Of a DNA stretch of 64,000 nt, positions 34,465-44,021 are shown piece after piece. The position numbers and the translations under genes were made by a program. Positions within the stretch are counted from its first letter, which is position 1, and each line of letters opens with the position of its first letter. The notes beneath the pieces are model-generated. The model was not told the origin of the DNA. It saw nothing but the letters and a program-made list of their open reading frames with translations, and made no database searches. The stretch comes from Alphaproteobacteria bacterium (GTDB lineage Bacteria > Pseudomonadota > Alphaproteobacteria > JAJFFI01), in assembly GCA_030066595.1 (NCBI GenBank), contig JASJBI010000036.1:10456-74455 (forward strand), read 5' to 3'.

Positions 34465-35817
34465 CTAGGCCGCCTTTGCCGTCCAGACCGAGACGGCCTG
34501 CTCCCGCCCGCGCAGCACCCAGCTCGCCTCGCCCGGTATGAAATCCGCGAGCGCCGCCTCGCCGCCCTGGCGGCGGGCCTCCTCGGCCAGCGCGGCGCTG
34601 ATCACGATCGGCGTGTCGAGCTTGCGGGTGAGCTGCTCGAGCCGGCTGGCCACGTTGACCGTGTCGCCGATCACGGCGAACTCGAGGCGCCGCTCGCCGC
34701 CCACGTCGCCAAGGACCACCGGGCCGATATGGGCGCCCACACCGATTCGGATCGGCGGCTCGCCGCGCCGCCGGCGCTCTTCGTTCCAGGCCTCGACCGA
34801 GCGGACCAGGGCGCGGGCGCAGGCCACGGCATTGACGGCGTCCCGCTCGCCGCTCCGGGGCGTGCCGAAGGTGGCCATGATGCCGTCGCCGAGATACTTG
34901 TCCAGGGTCCCGCCAAAAGCGAACACCTCCTGTTCCATCCGGGCGTCGAAGGCGCGGAGAAGCTGGATCACCGCTTCCGGCGGCTGGTTCTCCGAGAGCC
35001 GCGTGAAGCCCACGATGTCGGCGAACAGGACCGCCACCCGCTGCTGGCGCACTGGCCCGAGCGGGGAGTCGAGCCGCGCCAGGTCGTCCACCATGTTGGG
35101 CGGGAAATAGCGGGACAGGTTGCCGCGCTCCCGCTCGGCCCTGGCCTGGCGCCAGACCACCCGGCGCACGCGCCAGACCGCGGCGGCGAGCACGCCGGTG
35201 ACGATCAGGATAGTCAGCACATCCTCGATGCGCTCGCCGAGGTCTACGAAATAGGGATCGTAGAGTTGTGCCAGGATCTCATCCACGCTCAGATGCGCAG
35301 CGGCCTCGGGATCGAGCGTCGTGCGTACGCCCGGCTGCGCGGTCACCCAGGCAACGCCCGCCGACCAGCCGAGCGCGGCCATGAGCCCGGCCCAGAGCAC
35401 CAGACCGGGCGCGTAGGCGAACACCGTCGCCCCCAACAGGACGAAGTAAAAGGTCACCGTGGAGCCGTAGTAGATGATGGTCGGCGGCCAGGGCCAGTCG
35501 GGCAGCGGTGGCGGCGCGATCAGGATCCATGACAGCAGGCCCATCTCCAGCGTGACCAGCGCGTATTTGACCCAGGCGGCCCGGAGCGGGCCCCGGTTTG
35601 TAAACAGCCAGCCCAGCGCGATCGCCGCAAACAGCAGCAGCATGACCAGGTAGTAGTAGAGGTGCGGCGGGTCCATCTCGATCTGCATCCAGAGCGAGAT
35701 CATCGCGTAGGCCCCCAGACGCGCCCGCACGCTGAGGACGATGCCGCGGCGCTCCTCGGCCTCGAATGCGGTCTGTAGCCGCGCGCGCTGTCGCGCGCGC
35801 AGGTTCCTCTCGGTCAT
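34465..35817 (-). CDS. Membrane-anchored class III adenylate/guanylate cyclase
   Basis: About 6 N-terminal TM helices, then ..VAVLFADIVGFTRLSE.., ..KYLGDGIMATFG.., ..GDTVNVASRLE.. . The ATG at 35817 has a GGGAG SD. Confidence 0.85.
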   Translation of the reverse strand: MTERNLRARQRARLQTAFEAEERRGIVLSVRARLGAYAMISLWMQIEMDPPHLYYYLVMLLLFAAIALGWLFTNRGPLRAAWVKYALVTLEMGLLSWILIAPPPLPDWPWPPTIIYYGSTVTFYFVLLGATVFAYAPGLVLWAGLMAALGWSAGVAWVTAQPGVRTTLDPEAAAHLSVDEILAQLYDPYFVDLGERIEDVLTILIVTGVLAAAVWRVRRVVWRQARAERERGNLSRYFPPNMVDDLARLDSPLGPVRQQRVAVLFADIVGFTRLSENQPPEAVIQLLRAFDARMEQEVFAFGGTLDKYLGDGIMATFGTPRSGERDAVNAVACARALVRSVEAWNEERRRRGEPPIRIGVGAHIGPVVLGDVGGERRLEFAVIGDTVNVASRLEQLTRKLDTPIVISAALAEEARRQGGEAALADFIPGEASWVLRGREQAVSVWTAKAA

Positions 35818-35956
35818 GGCTCTGCTCCCGGCGGCCGACCTGACAGCTGGCTCCGACCCTGTCAACGTATGGGCTGAAAAAACGACAATCGGGCAGCCTA
35901 GCGATAGGGCCCCGTCCAGGCGACCCCTGAAAGCGCATGCCAGCTATGACCAATCG

Positions 35957-36778
35957 TCACACGTCGGCCGAAGCCGGTCCGGCCAGGTAGTGCCCGGGCG
36001 TCTCGCCCATGGCCCGGCGGAACATGGCGATGAAGGCGCTCGGGCTTTCATAGCCCACCGCGTAGGCGACGGCGGTGACCGAATCGCCCATGGCGAGACG
36101 GGCCAGCGCCTCGTGCAGACGAAGCTGCCGGCGCCAGTCCCGGAAGGAGAGGCCGGTCTCGGCCAGAAACAGCCGCGCCAGGGTGCGTGCGCTGGCCCCG
36201 GCGGCCTTCGCCCAGTCCTCGAGTCCCCGCCGATCGGCCGGGTCGGCGATCAGGGCATCGGTGACCGCCCTGAGCCGCCGGTCCCGCGGCAGCGGCAGAT
36301 GCAGGGCGGCCGTGCGCGCCGCCGCGATCTGGTCCAGGAGAACCCGCATCAGTCGCCCGTCGGGGCTGTCGAGCCGATAGTCCCGCGGCAAGGCCACCAC
36401 CGCCAGGATCAGCTCACGCAACAGCGGGCTCACGGAAATCACCCGGCACTCCGCCATGACGCCCGCCGCCGGCTGCGGGGCCACATAGATGTTGCGCATG
36501 GCCACGGCACCGATCGGGCCGACCTGGTGCGCCAGGCCGGGCGGGATCCAGACCGCCCGCTGCGGCGGCACGACCCAGGCGCCGACCGGCGTCTGCACCC
36601 GCATCAGGCCGGATGAGGCATAGAGAAGCTGGGCGTAGTCGTGCCGGTGCAGGCCGACGATCTCGTCCGGCACCAGGTCGCGGGCCACGCTGACCACGGG
36701 ACGGTCCGGGCCGTCGCGCCAGGGACGCCTGAGGGGCGCGTCCGCGGGCTTTCCGTCGGTTTGTCTGGTTTGCGACAT
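35957..36778 (-). CDS. AraC-family transcriptional regulator (cupin N-domain plus HTH)
   Basis: ..HRHDYAQLLYASSG.. cupin region and a C-terminal ..GYESPSAFIAMFRRAMG.TP.. AraC HTH. Confidence 0.85.
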   Translation of the reverse strand: MSQTRQTDGKPADAPLRRPWRDGPDRPVVSVARDLVPDEIVGLHRHDYAQLLYASSGLMRVQTPVGAWVVPPQRAVWIPPGLAHQVGPIGAVAMRNIYVAPQPAAGVMAECRVISVSPLLRELILAVVALPRDYRLDSPDGRLMRVLLDQIAAARTAALHLPLPRDRRLRAVTDALIADPADRRGLEDWAKAAGASARTLARLFLAETGLSFRDWRRQLRLHEALARLAMGDSVTAVAYAVGYESPSAFIAMFRRAMGETPGHYLAGPASADV

Positions 36779-36831
36779 TTATTGGCATGATGCCGATAGA
36801 CGGCCAAGCGGTCCAGCGCTAAATCAAGGCC

Positions 36832-38070
36832 ATGGCAATCACCGGGAACCCATTGCACGGCGGATCGCCGTCCAGCGGCCGGCCGCCCGGCGGTTGGCGA
36901 CGGCCGGAGGTGCTGCTCTTGCTGATGGCGGCGGCGGTGCCGCTGTCCTTCGCCACCTGGCAGGCTTTGCTGAACAATTTCGCGGTCGAGCGCGCGGCCT
37001 TCACCGGAGCCGAGATCGGCATCCTGCAGAGCATCCGCGAGATCCCGGGCTTCCTCGCCTTCGCGGTCGTCTTCGTGTTGCTGCTGATGCGCGAGCAGAC
37101 CCTGGCGCTCGTGGCCCTGCTGCTGCTCGGCATCGGCACCGCGGTCACGGGCTTCTTTCCGACGGTGCTCGGTCTCTACCTGACCACCTTCGCGATGTCG
37201 CTGGGCTTTCACTATTACGAGACGGTGCAGACCTCCTTGGCGCTGCAGTGGATCGAGCACGACAAGGCGGCGCACACGCTGGGCCGCATCGTCGGCATCG
37301 GCTCCTTCACCGGGCTCGTGTCCTTCGGCCTGGTCTACCTTGCCTTCGACCGGTTGGCGCTGGACTTCTCCTGGGTCTATCTCGCAGGCGGCGGCGCGAC
37401 CGTGCTGATCGCGCTGGTCGCCTGGGTCGCCTTTCCGCATTTTCCCCAGCGAGTCGAGCAGCGCAAACACCTGGTGCTGCGCCGGCGCTACTGGCTCTAC
37501 TACGCGCTGACGTTCCTGTCCGGCGCGCGGCGGCAGATCTTCGTCGTGTTCGCGGGTTTCCTGATGGTGGAGAAGTTCGGCTATTCGGTTGCCGACATCT
37601 CGCTCCTGTTCCTGATCAACGGCGCGCTGACCATGGTCCTGGCGCCGCGCATCGGCGCGCTGATCGGCCGCTGGGGCGAGCGGCGCGCGCTCACCGTCGA
37701 GTATATCGGGCTGATCCTCGTCTTCACCGCCTATGCCTTCGTCGAGAACGCGACCGTGGCCGCGGGCCTCTACGTGATCGACCATCTGTTCTTCGCCATG
37801 GCGATCGCCATCAAGACCTATTTCCAGAAGATCGCCGACCCTGCCGACATCGCCCCCAGCGCGGGGGTGGGCTTCACCATCAACCACATCGCCGCGGTGG
37901 TCATCCCGGCGATCTTCGGGCTGGTCTGGCTGGTCTCGCCTTCGGCCGTATTCCTGGCGGGGGCGGCGATCGGCGCGGGGTCCCTGGTGCTCGCACGGCT
38001 GGTGCCGCCGCAGCCGGAGCCGGGCCGCGAGACGGTCGTTACACGACCCGCCCTGGCGGCGGCCGAATAG
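36832..38070 (+). CDS. MFS transporter
   Basis: About 12 hydrophobic segments. Divergent from the AraC gene. Confidence 0.75.
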   Translation: MAITGNPLHGGSPSSGRPPGGWRRPEVLLLLMAAAVPLSFATWQALLNNFAVERAAFTGAEIGILQSIREIPGFLAFAVVFVLLLMREQTLALVALLLLGIGTAVTGFFPTVLGLYLTTFAMSLGFHYYETVQTSLALQWIEHDKAAHTLGRIVGIGSFTGLVSFGLVYLAFDRLALDFSWVYLAGGGATVLIALVAWVAFPHFPQRVEQRKHLVLRRRYWLYYALTFLSGARRQIFVVFAGFLMVEKFGYSVADISLLFLINGALTMVLAPRIGALIGRWGERRALTVEYIGLILVFTAYAFVENATVAAGLYVIDHLFFAMAIAIKTYFQKIADPADIAPSAGVGFTINHIAAVVIPAIFGLVWLVSPSAVFLAGAAIGAGSLVLARLVPPQPEPGRETVVTRPALAAAE

Positions 38071-38145
38071 GGATCTTCAACAAGGCGCGTGCGCGCCACG
38101 CGCATCTTCCCTAAGCTCCCATCAACCACCAAGGGAGCCGATCGC

Positions 38146-39582
38146 ATGGCCGTCTTTCCCGAATACGACCAATACGATGCCGTCGGGCTTGCCGAGCTGA
38201 TCGCCGGCCAGGAGATCTCCGCGCGGGAGGTCCTGGAGGCGGCGATTGGACGCGTCGAGGCGCTCAACCCGGCGGTCAACGCCGTCATTCATCCGATGTT
38301 CGACCACGCCGAGGCGGCGTTGGCCGACGGGCTGCCCGATGGCCCGCTCGCGGGCGTGCCCTATCTGCTGAAGGACCTCTACATCCTCTGCCGCGGCGCG
38401 CCGACCCGAAACGGCTCGCGCTTCTTCGCCGACCATGTCGCGGACCACGACAGCACGCTCACCGAACGGCTGAAGGCGGCGGGGCTGGTGATCCTCGGCA
38501 AGACCAACACCCCCGAATTCGGGATCAGCGCCGCGACCGAGCCGGTGGCGCATGGCCCGACCCGCAATCCCTGGGATCCGGCGCGAAGTGCCGGCGGCTC
38601 CAGCGGAGGTGCGGCCGTGGCGGTGGCATCCGGGATGGTGCCCGCCGCCCATGCGACCGACGGCGGCGGCTCGATCCGCATTCCCGCCTCCTGCTGCGGG
38701 TTATTCGGCCTCAAGCTGACCCGAGCCCGCAACCCCGCGGGTCCGGACATCGGCGAGGGCTGGAGCGGGCTGGCCTCGGGACACGCGGTCACACGCACGG
38801 TTCGCGACAGCGCCGCCTTGCTCGACGTCACACACGGCCCGGCCACGGGCGACCCGTATCACCCGCCGCCGCCCGCGCGGCCGTTCCTCGAGGAGGTCGG
38901 CGCCGATCCGGGACGGCTGCGCATCGCCGTCACGACAGACTTAGACCCGCGCGCGGAGATCGACCCCGTCTGCGTGGCCGCGGTCGAGGACGCAGCCCGG
39001 CTGTGCGAAGGCCTGGGCCACACGGTGGAGGACGCCGCGCCCAGCTATGACGCGGCCGCCATGCGGTGGGCGTTCCACATCATCGTCGGCGGCAATCTGC
39101 ACAACGCGCTGGCGCTCAGGGAACAGGCCGTCGGCCGCGAGCGGCGGGACGGCGACGTGGAGCGGATCACCGACATCTGGGCCGACGAAGGCGCCAGTGC
39201 GAGCGCCGGCGACTATGCCCGGGCGATCCAGGTGGTGCATGCCATCGGCCGCAGTTTCGGCAGGTTCTTCGAGCGCTACGACATCCTGCTATCGCCGACG
39301 TTGGCCGGACCGCCGGTTCCGCTCGGCAGCTTCGACATGATGGGCGACGACCTCTCCCGCTACAACGAAGTCCTCATGGCGCACATCCCCTTCACCCCGC
39401 CCTTCAACGCCGCGGGCTGCCCGGCCATGTCGGTCCCCCTCGCCTGGAGCGAGGACGGGCTGCCGGTGGGCGTCCAGTTCGGCGCTGGCTTCGGCCACGA
39501 AGCGGTGCTCTTTCGCCTTGCCGCCCAGTTGGAGGCGGCGCGGCCCTGGCGGGACCGCCGTCCCCCGGTCGCGGGCGGCTGA
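38146..39582 (+). CDS. Amidase (amidase-signature family)
   Basis: ..[39 protein letters not shown].. AS signature with Ser-cisSer-Lys residues. GGGAG SD. Confidence 0.9.
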   Translation: MAVFPEYDQYDAVGLAELIAGQEISAREVLEAAIGRVEALNPAVNAVIHPMFDHAEAALADGLPDGPLAGVPYLLKDLYILCRGAPTRNGSRFFADHVADHDSTLTERLKAAGLVILGKTNTPEFGISAATEPVAHGPTRNPWDPARSAGGSSGGAAVAVASGMVPAAHATDGGGSIRIPASCCGLFGLKLTRARNPAGPDIGEGWSGLASGHAVTRTVRDSAALLDVTHGPATGDPYHPPPPARPFLEEVGADPGRLRIAVTTDLDPRAEIDPVCVAAVEDAARLCEGLGHTVEDAAPSYDAAAMRWAFHIIVGGNLHNALALREQAVGRERRDGDVERITDIWADEGASASAGDYARAIQVVHAIGRSFGRFFERYDILLSPTLAGPPVPLGSFDMMGDDLSRYNEVLMAHIPFTPPFNAAGCPAMSVPLAWSEDGLPVGVQFGAGFGHEAVLFRLAAQLEAARPWRDRRPPVAGG

Positions 39583-39604
39583 CAGGCTGGACGTCTTTGC
39601 TGGC

Positions 39605-40666
39605 CTACTCGCCGTGCGGCTCGGCCAGCCGGTCCAGCATTTGGCGAATGGCGGCGATCTGCGGCGCCTCTTTGGTCAGGAAATCGGTGCCGCTGTAGCC
39701 CCACCAGTCCCAGCAGGCGTTCGGGTTGCCCGGGCTCGCGATGGTTTGTGGAAACAGGATGACGAGCCTGTTGTTGTCGGCCCAGTTGGCATAGCCCGTC
39801 TCCCGAACGAACACCTCGTCGATCGAATCGCGGTTCTGATGGCAGCCGTGCAGCGCGATGTGGACCCGGCAGCCCGCGTCGGTCTCGCAGGCGGGCGGAA
39901 CGTAGACGACCCCGGCGGGATCCATACCCTTGGCCTCAGGGTTGTTCAGGAACTCGGCCTGGTCGAATTCTTGGAACCGGCCCGCGGGCTCGGCCACCCG
40001 CGGCGCGAGCGTGCCATAGATGTGGGCCAGGACCGCGCCCGCCTGATCGAAATCGCAGTCGTTCAGGTACGGACTCTGCGAGGTGCCACAGACGTAGGTC
40101 TCGCCCTCCTCGATGACGAAGGCATGACCGGCCGCCGAATCGTTTGTGTAACTGATCTGCGCCTCGGGCAGCCCGGCCAGCCGATAGTACTCGACCGCGG
40201 TCGCCACCACCGTTTCCTTCACCGTGTTGTCGGCCTCGCCGGAGAATACATAGACGCGGTCCGACCGCAGGCCGCTCGTCGGGTCCACCTTGCCGGCCGA
40301 CGCCAACTCTTCCGTGCGCTCCAGAAGGGGTTCGGCCTGCGGCGTGCCGAGATAGGTCTGCATGCAACGGTACAGCGCCTGCTGCGCGTTGGCGAATGTC
40401 ATCCCCGCCCAGCCGGGGAATCGGCGGGCGTACCAGCTCTCGGCGCAGGCGAAGGGACCGCCGGCGACGATGCCCGCACCGATGAAGGTCTCCGAATGGG
40501 CGACGTGCAGTTGTCCGGCCATATAGGCGCCGGACGACAGGCCCGACACCGAGCTCTGGCTCAGATCGACCCCGAGCGCGGGCAACGGGGGCGCGGCGGC
40601 CGCCGCGCTCACCGAGAGCCCGGCCCAGACGAGGATAGACGCCAGCGTGCGACAGAGGACGTTCAT
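39605..40666 (-). CDS. Secreted PHB-depolymerase-family esterase
   Basis: Signal peptide and lipase box ..VSGLSSGAYMA.. . C-terminal ..CWDWWGY.. is typical of the esterase/PHB-depolymerase family. Confidence 0.7.
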   Translation of the reverse strand: MNVLCRTLASILVWAGLSVSAAAAAPPLPALGVDLSQSSVSGLSSGAYMAGQLHVAHSETFIGAGIVAGGPFACAESWYARRFPGWAGMTFANAQQALYRCMQTYLGTPQAEPLLERTEELASAGKVDPTSGLRSDRVYVFSGEADNTVKETVVATAVEYYRLAGLPEAQISYTNDSAAGHAFVIEEGETYVCGTSQSPYLNDCDFDQAGAVLAHIYGTLAPRVAEPAGRFQEFDQAEFLNNPEAKGMDPAGVVYVPPACETDAGCRVHIALHGCHQNRDSIDEVFVRETGYANWADNNRLVILFPQTIASPGNPNACWDWWGYSGTDFLTKEAPQIAAIRQMLDRLAEPHGE

Positions 40667-40865
40667 GGTTGTGACAAGCGGAAAGCGAGGCGGCACCATG
40701 ACTTGCGACCAGCATCGCCCAGCCATGTGGCGCAATCATGGCGCGCTCGCGCGAGCGGTCCCGGGTGTCGGCGACGGCAGTGCTTACAAAACCATCATAC
40801 TGCCTTCACATGACTGTAACCGTCTTGTGGTGAACTCGGTTCGGCGGACAACGGGAGAGACTTCG

Positions 40866-41081
40866 ATGACAGCACGATCCTACGGCAGGATTGTCGCCCT
40901 GGCCGTTCGCGCCTTCGATGACGTGGACGAGGCGGACACCTATCTTCGTTCGCCCAAGCAGTTCCTGAACGGGCGCACGCCGCTCGAGGCCGCGCGCACG
41001 CCCGAGGGCGCCGCCCTGGTCGAACGACAGCTCTACTGGATCTCGCAACTGATCAGCGGACCAACGGAGCTACGCGCATAA
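40866..41081 (+). CDS. DUF2384 (Xre/MbcA/ParS-like antitoxin toxin-binding domain) protein, short, no partner
   Basis: ..A..FDD.DEADTYLRSP...LNGRTPLEAARTPEGAALVE..L.. . GGGAGAG SD before the ATG at 40866. Confidence 0.6.
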   Translation: MTARSYGRIVALAVRAFDDVDEADTYLRSPKQFLNGRTPLEAARTPEGAALVERQLYWISQLISGPTELRA

Positions 41082-41131
41082 GCACGCGTCCCGGCCCACA
41101 AGACAGGTCCGGCCCGCTGCGAACCGGCCGC

Positions 41132-41506
41132 CTACTCGTGCACCACGAAATGGTAGGTCTTGGATATGATGCGCCAGCGGCCGTCGAGCTTGAGCAGCGT
41201 CAGATAGTCGGTGAAGTACTTCGGTGGCACGCCAAGCTCGACCTTGGCCAGCGCCGTGGTCGGACCCGAGAAGTCGATCGAGAGGATCCGATCGAAGCGC
41301 TTCATGTCCTGGCTCTGGGGTGAGGGCCGCCCGGCGACCAGCCCCAGGTACTCTGCGAGGGTCATCTGGGCGAGTGCGCCCTCGGTGGACGAGTACAGAT
41401 GCGCATCGGGATGGAACACGGCGCCAAGCTTGTCCGTGTCGCCCTCATAGATGCCGTCGAAATAGGCTGCCAACGCCTCTGATACCTCTGCAAACCGAGG
41501 GTCCAT
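41132..41506 (-). CDS. NTF2-like (SnoaL/lumazine-binding-type) protein
   Basis: ..AL.AYFDGIYEGDTDKL..VFHPDA.L....., ..YLTLLK.DGRWRIISK.. . Confidence 0.7.
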   Translation of the reverse strand: MDPRFAEVSEALAAYFDGIYEGDTDKLGAVFHPDAHLYSSTEGALAQMTLAEYLGLVAGRPSPQSQDMKRFDRILSIDFSGPTTALAKVELGVPPKYFTDYLTLLKLDGRWRIISKTYHFVVHE

Positions 41507-41635
41507 GCTTCCCCTACCCCAGTTGCGAGACTTGCGTTTGACCGACCGCGGCCAGACCACCGAGGGTCCGCCGCGGCCGGCCTGTCAGACGAACATCGAC
41601 GCGAGGGGTGTCACCCCCTCACGCCGACATCGGGT

Positions 41636-42328
41636 CTAATCGGGCCCCTTGCCCGGCTTGACCGCAGGCGTCGTCGCCCGGCGGGTCGTCGTGCGACGCG
41701 CCGTGGGGCGACGGGTTGCCGGCGTACCGCCGGAGTTCGTCCGGCCGGTTCCGGCCGGTTTGGACGTCTTGCCCCCGCCCGTCGCCGCACTGGCGGCCGC
41801 CGCACGGCTGGCTGCGGTCGGCTTGGCCGCCGCCGGTTTCTTGGCCGCGGCTTTGGCTGCCGCCGGCCGTGGAGTCGCGGCCTTCGCGGCCGCCGGTTTG
41901 GCCGCCGGCCGACGGGGCGCGGCCTTCCGAGCGGCCGGCTTGCGCGCCGGCGCCTTTGCCGGGGTCGCCTTGCGCGCGGCCGGCTTGGCCGGCGCTGGTT
42001 TGGCGGGCGCCGCGCTGCGGACCCTTTCGACCGCTTTACCCGTTACCTTGACGAGCAGTCGCAGGTCTTTCTCGGCCGCCTCTGCCAGCCGAGCGACTTC
42101 CTTGTCCAACCGCTTGGTCAGCTTGTTGACATCCTTCTGCGCGGAGCGAGCGAACTTGGCGAACTCTTTCTCGGTCGATGCCGCGGCAGTCTCGAGCTCT
42201 TTCCAAACTCTTTCCACGTCCGCTTGCGCCTTGTTGATCGCCTCGCGAATATGGTCGAGAACGTCCGCCGCTGCCGCCTCATGCCTCGTCACTTGCTTTT
42301 TCGCTCGCCCCTTCTTCTTCCCTGCCAT
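41636..42328 (-). CDS. PhaF-like / histone-H1-like protein: coiled-coil N-domain plus A/K/P-rich basic tail
   Basis: Helical N-terminus of about 100 aa, then ..AAPAKPAPAKPAARKATPAKAPARKPAARKAAPRRPAAKPAAAKA.. . GGGAGG SD before the ATG at 42328. Confidence 0.65.
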   Translation of the reverse strand: MAGKKKGRAKKQVTRHEAAAADVLDHIREAINKAQADVERVWKELETAAASTEKEFAKFARSAQKDVNKLTKRLDKEVARLAEAAEKDLRLLVKVTGKAVERVRSAAPAKPAPAKPAARKATPAKAPARKPAARKAAPRRPAAKPAAAKAATPRPAAAKAAAKKPAAAKPTAASRAAAASAATGGGKTSKPAGTGRTNSGGTPATRRPTARRTTTRRATTPAVKPGKGPD

Positions 42329-42457
42329 GACCTGACCTCCCTTCTCCATTATTCATCGTAAGCCCCGGCACCACAGGCAAAAGTCGCTCCCAAGATGCCC
42401 GGGTTGAGGCGTTTGCGCAACAGCCAAGGACAAACTTTGCAAAGATTCTTGCTTGTT

Positions 42458-42473
42458 TAGACAGATCTGTCTG
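42458..42473. promoter_or_regulatory. Operator-like palindrome tAGACAGATCTGTCTg upstream of the PhaF/H1-like gene
   Basis: The 14-bp perfect palindrome AGACAGATCTGTCT is identical to the core at 51895-51908 in the tetR divergent region. Confidence 0.5.
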
Positions 42474-42545
42474 ATCAGTCTTGGTTAACAGCGGACCGTT
42501 GGGCACGGAATCGCCGGCAGCGCGTGTGGGAACGTGCGCCTGCAC

Positions 42546-42821
42546 CTATTGCCGCGTCACCTTTTCATAGCCCGATTGCCGCAGGCATCGGGCATAGGCG
42601 TCTTGATCGGTGCGCGTGATCGTGGCGCGTTCGCTCTGGTGGATGATGGCCCTTGCGCGCTGGGTGCACAGGTAGACGCCTGCGCGAAATTCCTCGTCGC
42701 TGGCGCCGGGCTTGACCCACGAAGACGTGCTCTCGGCGCAGGCCGCAAGGAGGCCGAGCGCGAGCAAGACGCCGGTCGCCGAGCAGATGGTGAGATGGCG
42801 CGGCTGGTCTGACTTGGGCAC
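42546..42821 (-). CDS. Small lipoprotein, hypothetical
   Basis: Lipobox ..LGLLAAC.. after a hydrophobic leader. 91 aa. Confidence 0.55.
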   Translation of the reverse strand: MPKSDQPRHLTICSATGVLLALGLLAACAESTSSWVKPGASDEEFRAGVYLCTQRARAIIHQSERATITRTDQDAYARCLRQSGYEKVTRQ

Positions 42822-42856
42822 GGGATACAGCTCTGAGCCAGCCCTTCGGATAGCGG

Positions 42857-43978
42857 TTACGGTTGGCGCAACAGGAATTCCCGGCCGACCTTGACCATGG
42901 GCTGGCCGTCATACTCGACGATGTCGGCGGTGGCATAGGTCTCGTGCCATTTGTCCGGCAGAAACGACCCGGTGCCGACCAGATCGATCGGGGCCTTGGC
43001 CACGGCCATGACCTTGCACTTCTCGGGCGTGAAACCGGACGAGGCAACGATCTTGACCTCGCCGAAGTCCGCCTTGTCGAGCTGCTCCCTGAGATGCCAG
43101 ACGGCGGCCGCCGACACACCGGTACCGATCAGATAGCGCAGCTCGGTCTCGCTGCGATAACCGCGGATCGCGTCCGGCGCGTGCCGGTCCAGCACGGCGT
43201 AGGAGTTCGGCGGGTCGAGCCCTTCGATATAGCGGCCCCCCGGCGTGTCGATGCGCACGGCGATCCGCCCCGCATTGGCGAGATCGGGAAAGCGACGGCA
43301 CACCGCGAGCGTATCGGTGACCTCCTGGCCGAAATAGTCGACCAGCACGACCAGGTCGCGCTCGGGGAAGGCCTCGTGGAACATCTCGGCCGCGCGCACC
43401 GTCGAGCCGGCGTAGCCGATCACCGCGTGCGGCATCGTGCCCATGCCGGCCTCGTTGCCGAAATAGTGCGCCGTGGCGTCGGTGGCGTTGCCGACGAAGC
43501 CTTTGGCGCCGACCTTGCGGCGGGCCTTGGCCGAGCCGACGCTCGCCGCATAGGCCATCATCTCCGCCATTTCGGTGCCGGCGCAGTGGCGCGCGTCGAA
43601 GGCCAGGAAAGCCGTCTGCGGCAGGTCGACGCACATGTTGTAGGCGTTGTAGGCGGCCACGCAGCAGGCACCGAGCTTCTGCAGGAACAGGGTTTCCAGG
43701 TCGACCAGCTGGCTCAGCTGGCCACCGACATAGACGATCGGCTCGCCGGCGCCGACCCACTTGCCCTCCTCCTGCCGCAGGTCGATGTCGAACTTGGTCT
43801 GGCGCTGCTCGGCCACGCTCTCGAGCCAATCGACCATCAGCCGCGGCGCGGAGGTGACCGGCCGGCGCATGAACATGGCATAGGTCACGGCCCGGTCGCC
43901 GAACCGTTCCACGAGCTCCTTCGAGCGGTTGAAATAAGCGTCGGTCCAAGCCGGGATATCGTCCGGCTGGGGCCACAT
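42857..43978 (-). CDS. Nicotinate phosphoribosyltransferase-family (type II PRTase) protein
   Basis: ..AWTDAYFNRS.. N-terminus, ..GMGTMPHA.I.., ..VRIDTPG.., about 373 aa. The ATG at 43978 is preferred. Confidence 0.75.
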   Translation of the reverse strand: MWPQPDDIPAWTDAYFNRSKELVERFGDRAVTYAMFMRRPVTSAPRLMVDWLESVAEQRQTKFDIDLRQEEGKWVGAGEPIVYVGGQLSQLVDLETLFLQKLGACCVAAYNAYNMCVDLPQTAFLAFDARHCAGTEMAEMMAYAASVGSAKARRKVGAKGFVGNATDATAHYFGNEAGMGTMPHAVIGYAGSTVRAAEMFHEAFPERDLVVLVDYFGQEVTDTLAVCRRFPDLANAGRIAVRIDTPGGRYIEGLDPPNSYAVLDRHAPDAIRGYRSETELRYLIGTGVSAAAVWHLREQLDKADFGEVKIVASSGFTPEKCKVMAVAKAPIDLVGTGSFLPDKWHETYATADIVEYDGQPMVKVGREFLLRQP

Positions 43979-44021
43979 GGCGTGCTGCCGCCTGGGGCTG
44001 TCCACGGTCCGCGCCCCGGGG

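Noticed and set aside
34465-35817. Class III cyclase considered as a Pycsar/CBASS-type defence cyclase
   Set aside because: The cyclase is fused to its own 6-TM sensor domain, as in ordinary alphaproteobacterial CyaA-type cyclases. There is no adjacent effector (TIR, TM or nuclease) gene and no mobile-element context.
41649-42335. 228-aa plus-strand ORF opposite the PhaF/H1-like gene
   Set aside because: It is the complement of an Ala/Lys/Pro codon repeat. The minus-strand frame has the SD and the structured N-terminal domain.
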